Positions 58,159-64,000 of a DNA stretch of 64,000 nucleotides are shown in pieces. Each line of letters starts with the position of its first letter. Position 1 is the first letter of the stretch. The stretch comes from an uncultured Clostridia bacterium (lineage in GTDB: Bacteria > Bacillota > Clostridia > Christensenellales > UBA3700). A program made the translations under genes and the position numbers. The notes below the pieces were generated by a model, which had not been told where the DNA came from, searched no databases, and saw only the letters and a program-made list of their open reading frames with translations. The DNA lies in the NCBI GenBank assembly GCA_947038565.1, contig CAMQWP010000001.1, positions 66,381 to 130,380 of the forward strand, in the 5' to 3' direction.

Positions 58159-59801
58159 TAAATTTTCTCCTTAATGGTTAGTTTTTTATAATCTACTTTA
58201 CCTATCTCTGTCATCGGCAAACTGTCTAAGCATTCTATTACCCTTGGCAGAGAATATTTCATTAATTTGTCTTTTAATACGGATATGATTTGCATTTCAA
58301 TATCCGAATTGTAACAGTACTCATCATGCATTGTTACAAATAATTTAACTGCAGTCCTACCCTCATACATCATCTCGACCGCAGAACATTTATCAACGGC
58401 GGGTACATTATCAGCAATGATTCGTTCTATCTCTGTAGGGAATACATTTATACCGCTTACCTTGATCATTCGCTTTAATCTATCCACATAATAGACATGC
58501 CCCGACTCTGATACGTGACCATAGTCTCCAGTCTTGACCCAAAACACACCTTCGTTATCTTGGAAAAGCACTTGATTTGTCGTCTTTTCATCGCCGTAAT
58601 AACCACTCAAGATATTATCTCCCGATACACATATTTCTCCGCACTCGTCTGATAACAATCGCATGTTATCTTTACCGACCGCGATGACCTTTATATCTCC
58701 TAGCGGAGTCCCAATAGATCCGATCTTGCTATTTTCTTTAGTATTAACAGTGCATATCCCTGCCTCTGTCAAACCGTAACCTTCACAAAGAGTACAGCCA
58801 GAGCCATTCTCTATCATTATCTTGTCGAATTTGTTTTTTATATCAATGCTTAGCCTATCGCCACCACTATAGCAACACTTCATACTCTTTAGCCAGTCGC
58901 CTTTAAAATGTTTGCTTCGCATTATTTTCTCGTACATAGACGGAACGCCCGTCATGTATGTAACCTTCTCTTTCTTGATTGTTCTGACCACTGATTCAGG
59001 ACTAAATTTAGGTATTAATAAGCACCTACATCCCGCAGTCAGAGTCGTGTGCATGCACACACCAAGCCCAAATATATGAAAAAGTGGCAATACCATAAGC
59101 ATACTTTCACCTAGCTCGACCTCATCTCCGATAAGCGTCCTAACGCTGTATGAACATTCATTGACCGCTCTATTCGAAAGATTCGTTGTCTTTGGTTCGC
59201 CCGTAGTACCACTAGAGTGCATATACGCAGCAATTTCTTCGCCGATACCTTCATGCCGCCTTTTAGGACATAAGATATCTTCAGTACCACTGCTTATAAA
59301 ATCTGAGTATTTTAATATCTTTTCATCGTATACTATTCGCTTTGTTTTACTATGAACCGCAATACTTAGTGCGAGCTTAAGTCCACCTTTTAGGTAGTCT
59401 TTAGCACTACAAATAACGCATGTTATCCCCGTACTCTTTATCGCCTCGCGGTGTTGCTCATAAAATATATCTAATAAAAAAAGCACCTTGCTACCCACTT
59501 CCTGCAACTGAGCGACAAGCAAGTCGGACGGTACAAGCGGATGGATAAGGTTTACTGGTACTCCTAGTGCATTCGCAGCATAAAAGCTGATAATAGCATT
59601 AGGCACATTCGGCAAACAAATAGCTATATTATCACCTGCAACGAGTCCAAGACCGTCTAAAGCAACCCCTAGACGATTGATTTCGCGATGTAAATCATTA
59701 CTGCGTATTTTACTATTATAAAAGCTAATAAGTTCGCGGTTATCGCCCTTATCTCTATCTTTTAAATATTCATACATGTTGTAATCATTACTTTGCTTCA
59801 T
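58158..59801 (-). CDS. AMP-forming acyl-CoA ligase (long-chain-fatty-acid--CoA ligase-like, ANL superfamily)
   Basis: AMP-binding signature MHSSGTTGEPK, and YGLTE and GDYG motifs. GAGGA RBS. Confidence 0.82.
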   Translation of the reverse strand: MKQSNDYNMYEYLKDRDKGDNRELISFYNSKIRSNDLHREINRLGVALDGLGLVAGDNIAICLPNVPNAIISFYAANALGVPVNLIHPLVPSDLLVAQLQEVGSKVLFLLDIFYEQHREAIKSTGITCVICSAKDYLKGGLKLALSIAVHSKTKRIVYDEKILKYSDFISSGTEDILCPKRRHEGIGEEIAAYMHSSGTTGEPKTTNLSNRAVNECSYSVRTLIGDEVELGESMLMVLPLFHIFGLGVCMHTTLTAGCRCLLIPKFSPESVVRTIKKEKVTYMTGVPSMYEKIMRSKHFKGDWLKSMKCCYSGGDRLSIDIKNKFDKIMIENGSGCTLCEGYGLTEAGICTVNTKENSKIGSIGTPLGDIKVIAVGKDNMRLLSDECGEICVSGDNILSGYYGDEKTTNQVLFQDNEGVFWVKTGDYGHVSESGHVYYVDRLKRMIKVSGINVFPTEIERIIADNVPAVDKCSAVEMMYEGRTAVKLFVTMHDEYCYNSDIEMQIISVLKDKLMKYSLPRVIECLDSLPMTEIGKVDYKKLTIKEKI

Positions 59802-59995
59802 AAAATCCTCTACAATAATTTAATTTACCTAGTCTTTATTATACCATTCTTTTGCTTATATGTAAATACTTTTCTTTATATTTATATAAATATAATATAT
59901 ACATATATATAATGTGTATATGTCTCGCTTAATTTATCAGCATAAATTTGTCATACAAATCTCTTCATTAACTTGATTTATTAACAGCTATCAAA

Positions 59996-60032
59996 TAAAA
60001 AATAGGTCGCATGACAATACGCCATGCGACCT
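59996..60032 (-). terminator. terminator after the amino-acid ABC operon
   Basis: AGGTCGCATG / CATGCGACCT 10-bp stem followed by a U-run on the minus strand. Confidence 0.7.
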
Positions 60033-60044
60033 AAAATGTTATTA

Positions 60045-61301
60045 TTATAATACCTTTGACAAGAAAGATTGTAGCCTTTCATTTTTTGGCGAGTCAAATA
60101 ACTCGGCTGGTGGTGCGTCTTCTACTATAAGACCGCCGTCCATGAATAGCACTCGAGTAGCCACTTCTTTAGCAAAGCCCATCTCATGAGTAACGATAAT
60201 CATAGTCATACCTTCATCAGCAAGCTGTTTGATTAGATCTAGGACTTCGCCAACCATCTCTGGATCAAGCGCTGACGTAGGCTCATCAAATAGCATAACG
60301 TCAGGCTTCATTGCAAGTGCCCTTATTATCGCTATACGTTGCTTTTGTCCACCCGATAACGTATTCGGATATGCAAGAGCTTTATCCGTAAGTCCGATTC
60401 TCGCAAGCAATTGCAACGCGTGAGGTTTGATTTTAGCATATAATTCTGCCCTAGTTTCAGTAGATAATAGTCTTACAGCATCGTTATATACTTTCTTTTT
60501 AGCCTTATACTCCTTGCTTGCAATAGCATAATCTTCCTTAGATAATCCGACAGGATTTATCTTAGATAGTGCTACCGGCCTAGGTATCGCCATAAATTCT
60601 TTAGTAATATCAGCATTAGATATAATCTTATTTACTTCATAACCTATACTATCTAGTGGTGCAGCAGTAATATTGTCAAGCACAGTCATGTGAGGAAAAA
60701 GATTGAAGTGCTGGAAAACCATACCCATATTTTTTCTTATATTATTTATCTTGACCTTTGGCTTGCCCAAAACGCTATCATTTATCTCTATGCGTTTAGC
60801 AAGGCTATCACTAGCAACTCGCGAAGCAGTCATATTACTAGTGACTTTGGCTATCTTTTTATTTATTCCGATTATTCTTTTATCTAATATACACTCTACA
60901 TTGTCCATGTCAGGATCCTGCATGTCGGAAGTAGGCATGCTACCCACGCCAGTTTCAGCATTTATAGCACTGTTATTTTTGATATCATTATATTTAATAT
61001 TCAAAACTTCTAATTTTGCGGCTTGTTTGTCACAATTTTTATTTAGTTTTGGTATTTTTTTATCAGCAAAAAATAGTCCAACTTTACCTAAAGGCTGATA
61101 ATAAGTTATCTCACTTTCGTCAAATAAAATTTGTCCAGCAGTAGGCTGTTCTAATAAGTTAATACATCTAAGAAAAGTGGATTTTCCAGAGCCTGATGGT
61201 CCTATTACTGCTACTTTTTCGCCTTGTTCTATATTGATGTCTATTCCGTTAAGAACTTTTAATGCACCAAAGTGCTTATGCAAATCAATTACGCGTATCA
61301 C
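60045..61301 (-). CDS. polar amino-acid ABC transporter ATP-binding protein carrying two large insertions (418 aa)
   Basis: Walker [11 protein letters not shown]-loop [12 protein letters not shown], signature LSGGQKQR, Walker [12 protein letters not shown] and H-loop VTHEM are all present. The segments between them are much longer than usual. GTG start. Confidence 0.85.
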   Translation of the reverse strand: MIRVIDLHKHFGALKVLNGIDINIEQGEKVAVIGPSGSGKSTFLRCINLLEQPTAGQILFDESEITYYQPLGKVGLFFADKKIPKLNKNCDKQAAKLEVLNIKYNDIKNNSAINAETGVGSMPTSDMQDPDMDNVECILDKRIIGINKKIAKVTSNMTASRVASDSLAKRIEINDSVLGKPKVKINNIRKNMGMVFQHFNLFPHMTVLDNITAAPLDSIGYEVNKIISNADITKEFMAIPRPVALSKINPVGLSKEDYAIASKEYKAKKKVYNDAVRLLSTETRAELYAKIKPHALQLLARIGLTDKALAYPNTLSGGQKQRIAIIRALAMKPDVMLFDEPTSALDPEMVGEVLDLIKQLADEGMTMIIVTHEMGFAKEVATRVLFMDGGLIVEDAPPAELFDSPKNERLQSFLSKVL

Positions 61302-61995
61302 TCTTTCCTAGCCTCCTCTCTATAATTTTCATTATTTTTGTCAATACCATTACTATCACAAGATAGAAAAGTGCAGCAATAATTAACGGCATAAAAAACT
61401 CATAAGTTATTGATCTTATATCATCTGCTGCTTTAGTAATATCAATCAAAGTAATAGTACCAACTATAGCGGTCTCCTTAATAAGAGCAATAAATTCATT
61501 TCCTAGCGGTGGCACAGCATTTTTCATGGCTTGAGGTATTACTACCTTAGACATAGTTTTGCCATAGCTTAGTCCTAATGACCTACCAGCCTCCATTTGT
61601 CCTTTATCAACAGACATAATACCGCCACGGAAAATTTCTGCTACATATGCACCACTGTTTATACCAAAAGCAATAGCAGCAGTAATTATCTTATATTCAA
61701 ATGAAAACAATATTGCATAATATATTATCATTAATTGTAGCATTACTGGTATACCACGAATAATTGTCACATAAAAATCACCTATCTTGTTAAGTATCTT
61801 TAGTTTTCCTGTATTCATGTGTATATTTTTAATTACTGCGACAGATAGTCCTATTATAACACCTAGTATAATAGCCAAGATAGACACGGCAATCGTAACT
61901 GCCATGCCCTCTAGGTATGTTTTCCATCTATCGTCTTCTATAAAGACTTTTTCAAATGTTTCAAAAAAGCCACACAAAAGCACTGTATTTTCCAT
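61285..61995 (-). CDS. polar amino-acid ABC transporter permease (HisM/GlnP type)
   Basis: EAA-type coupling loop ([25 protein letters not shown]) and 5 TM helices. AGGAG RBS. Confidence 0.88.
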   Translation of the reverse strand: MENTVLLCGFFETFEKVFIEDDRWKTYLEGMAVTIAVSILAIILGVIIGLSVAVIKNIHMNTGKLKILNKIGDFYVTIIRGIPVMLQLMIIYYAILFSFEYKIITAAIAFGINSGAYVAEIFRGGIMSVDKGQMEAGRSLGLSYGKTMSKVVIPQAMKNAVPPLGNEFIALIKETAIVGTITLIDITKAADDIRSITYEFFMPLIIAALFYLVIVMVLTKIMKIIERRLGKSDTRN

Positions 61996-62025
61996 ATTTT
62001 CTCCTACTTTCTTGTTTTAATTATA

Positions 62026-62889
62026 TTAGTTCTTTATAAGATTAAGAGCGACGAACTTATCGATTATTATAGCATCGATTTTACCATTCTTGAAATCTTG
62101 GTAAACATTCATGATCCTAGCATTATTACTGATTACTGTATTTGTATTATATAATATTCCCGCTGTAAAATCATTGTCTTCATTAGCTTCATCAACAGCT
62201 GCTTTCATATTAAGATGACCAGTTGCACCAGTCTGAACTCCTACATTTAATCCAGCAAGTTCTGACATTTTTGTATAATTACCAGTTGATTTTGAAGAAA
62301 TAATGTACTGTATTGACTCTACATAAGGTGTAGCAAAGTCTACTTTTTCTTTTCTTACTTCAGTAATAGTAAGACCTGCTGCTGCAATAGTCATCTTATC
62401 CTTCATAACAGTAGGGATAACTGCATCAAAAGTACCCTTCGCTACTTTTAAAGTATAATTGTTTTCCTCAGCAAATAATATCATTAGGTCAACGTCAACA
62501 CCTGCAACACCATCTACAGAACCAGCACCTGTGTTATTTGCATACTCATATGGTGCAAATCCTGCCTCAGTAACCATTGTGATAACGCCACCAGTATTGT
62601 CTTTTAGATTAGGATATACTATAGTAGTATCTGATGCGCCACTATGGAATTTCATAGAAACACCGATATTAGCAGTAGTTGAGTCTAAAGCAAAAAATGC
62701 ATTTACCTTATTTAACAGCACTTCATTCTTTTTAGCAACTGCAAACGCGAACTGCTCCACGCTAGCACCCTCAACTTGATTAGCTACCGGATCATTTACT
62801 TTTGGTCCACACGCTACTAAAGCTACTGCAGACAAGCTCATCACTAACACTATTAATAGTGATAAAAATATTTTAGAATTCTTTTTCAT
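62026..62889 (-). CDS. amino-acid ABC transporter substrate-binding lipoprotein
   Basis: Signal peptide with lipobox LVACG. Type 2 periplasmic-binding-protein family 3-like features (GFAPYEY, DAVIP, AAAGLTIT). Confidence 0.8.
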   Translation of the reverse strand: MKKNSKIFLSLLIVLVMSLSAVALVACGPKVNDPVANQVEGASVEQFAFAVAKKNEVLLNKVNAFFALDSTTANIGVSMKFHSGASDTTIVYPNLKDNTGGVITMVTEAGFAPYEYANNTGAGSVDGVAGVDVDLMILFAEENNYTLKVAKGTFDAVIPTVMKDKMTIAAAGLTITEVRKEKVDFATPYVESIQYIISSKSTGNYTKMSELAGLNVGVQTGATGHLNMKAAVDEANEDNDFTAGILYNTNTVISNNARIMNVYQDFKNGKIDAIIIDKFVALNLIKN

Positions 62890-63241
62890 TTATATATACC
62901 TCACAAAATTTAATTTCTTTTATGTTCTTACTATATCATACAATATTCGCAATTGCAACTATTTTGTGCATGTTTTTTTAATATTTATGTATTTTTATTC
63001 ATTTAATCATTGATTTATGTATAATCATGTATAAATTTATAGAATTTATGCAAAATGATGTATAATTACTATACATCATCACTTTTTTATGCAAATATTT
63101 AATATTAGATACTTTTAAGCGATCTCAATTATAAGTTGCTATAATTCCGCTACTTTATATTGATTATAATACGTACATAAACTATATATTATAATATTAA
63201 TATCCTTATATACTTTTTTGCAGTGTCGGATTATTATGGTT

Positions 63242-64000
63242 TTATTTGATATCGTTGATTATTACAACGCATTCACCACTTTTTACCTTGCTATCACTTG
63301 ACATACTCTCGCCAGTTATCCAGTCATATCCTTTGATATCTTGGATCAATATGTCTACCATACAGTTATTTAATATTACATGTGCTGACTGACATTCGCT
63401 ACTTCGGACTATATGCAACAATCCGTGATCCGACCATATATCCATAGTCCCACTCATTGCACTTCTACACTTCTCTCGCATTTGTCCTAACGTCTTGTAG
63501 TGATCTAGTAACTTCTTATCCATACTATCCCAAGGGAACGGTTTTCTATTAATAGGATCTTCGTAACCCTCTAGTCCTATTTCATCGCCATAGTATATAG
63601 ATGGCACACCCGGGAGCACATATTGCAATACACTCGCAACTTTTAGTCTCTTTGTCGCAACATTACGCTCATACTCGCTCAGCGAGATATGCAACCTATC
63701 ATGTTTGCTCGTACCGTGCAGATCTCTATCAGCTAGACTATTGATAGCTCGAACTGTATCATGAGTTCCTAAAAATGTCATGCAACAATTAAGCGAATCA
63801 AGCGGATAATTCTCGTATATAGTCATCACTCGAGACATAAAGTCATAAGAATCATTATCTCTTGCAAACTTTATTATCGCCTCTTTATAAGGATAATTCA
63901 TCACGCCATCAAGCTGACCGCCTAAAAGATATGGTCTTCTCTCGCTGTAAGCTATCTTAGACGATGCGTCTTCCCAAACTTCACCAATGACAGCGACCTC
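63242..64000 (-). CDS. GH13 alpha-amylase-family glycosidase (neopullulanase/cyclomaltodextrinase-like), N-terminus beyond the window
   Basis: The frame stays open upstream of the listed GTG. My translation of 63905-64000 gives EVAVIGEVWED...LDGVMNYP (GH13 region III with the catalytic Glu), followed by FLGTHDT (region IV). Confidence 0.8.
   Translation of the reverse strand, partial: EVAVIGEVWEDASSKIAYSERRPYLLGGQLDGVMNYPYKEAIIKFARDNDSYDFMSRVMTIYENYPLDSLNCCMTFLGTHDTVRAINSLADRDLHGTSKHDRLHISLSEYERNVATKRLKVASVLQYVLPGVPSIYYGDEIGLEGYEDPINRKPFPWDSMDKKLLDHYKTLGQMREKCRSAMSGTMDIWSDHGLLHIVRSSECQSAHVILNNCMVDILIQDIKGYDWITGESMSSDSKVKSGECVVIINDIK

Noticed and set aside
1-64000. Search for CRISPR arrays, IS elements/transposases, integrases, prophage genes, toxin-antitoxin pairs, defence-system ATPases/nucleases and alternative genetic code usage.
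   Set aside because: No regularly spaced repeats are present, and no ORF has transposase, integrase, phage or defence hallmarks. All conserved genes have expected lengths with TAA/TAG/TGA stops, so code 11 fits. The window looks like core chromosome.

Overview
This is an AT-rich (judged by eye, not computed) chromosomal segment. It reads as core genome of an anaerobic, probably endospore-forming Firmicutes (Clostridia-like) bacterium using the standard bacterial code. I call 50 CDS (41 on the minus strand), one cobalamin riboswitch, a set of intrinsic terminators and a few sigma-A-like promoters. I found no rRNA, tRNA, tmRNA, CRISPR array, transposase, integrase or phage gene. Most content is housekeeping: serA, glnS, fhs, folC, a MATE pump, uracil permease-upp, phosphoglucomutase, metA-metY, smpB-rnr, secG, proS, rmuC, cca, hpt, tilS, spoIIE, tex, an acyl-CoA ligase, a polar amino-acid ABC transporter and an edge-truncated GH13 gene. 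The [FeFe]-hydrogenase maturases hydE-hydG-hydF sit in one operon with trmB and a small radical SAM/SPASM gene. The most distinctive locus is 18.07-23.65 kb: a cobalamin-riboswitch-like leader, then two DUF4430-type lipoproteins, then a dedicated ECF importer (T, fused A-A', S). The larger lipoprotein may be a domain-swapped transcobalamin-like corrinoid binder. Other items worth a second look: a 606-aa membrane protein of unknown function, an ACT-ACT-MBL fusion, an ABC ATPase with two large insertions, a very acidic orphan protein with a structured leader, Spo0A-box-like motifs upstream of spoIIE, and a possibly leaderless ClC channel gene. I do not see a clear-cut new multi-gene system (defence island, mobile element, or RiPP cluster with a precursor). 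The B12-capture locus is the best candidate, and every functional call rests on motif recognition by eye, not on searches.
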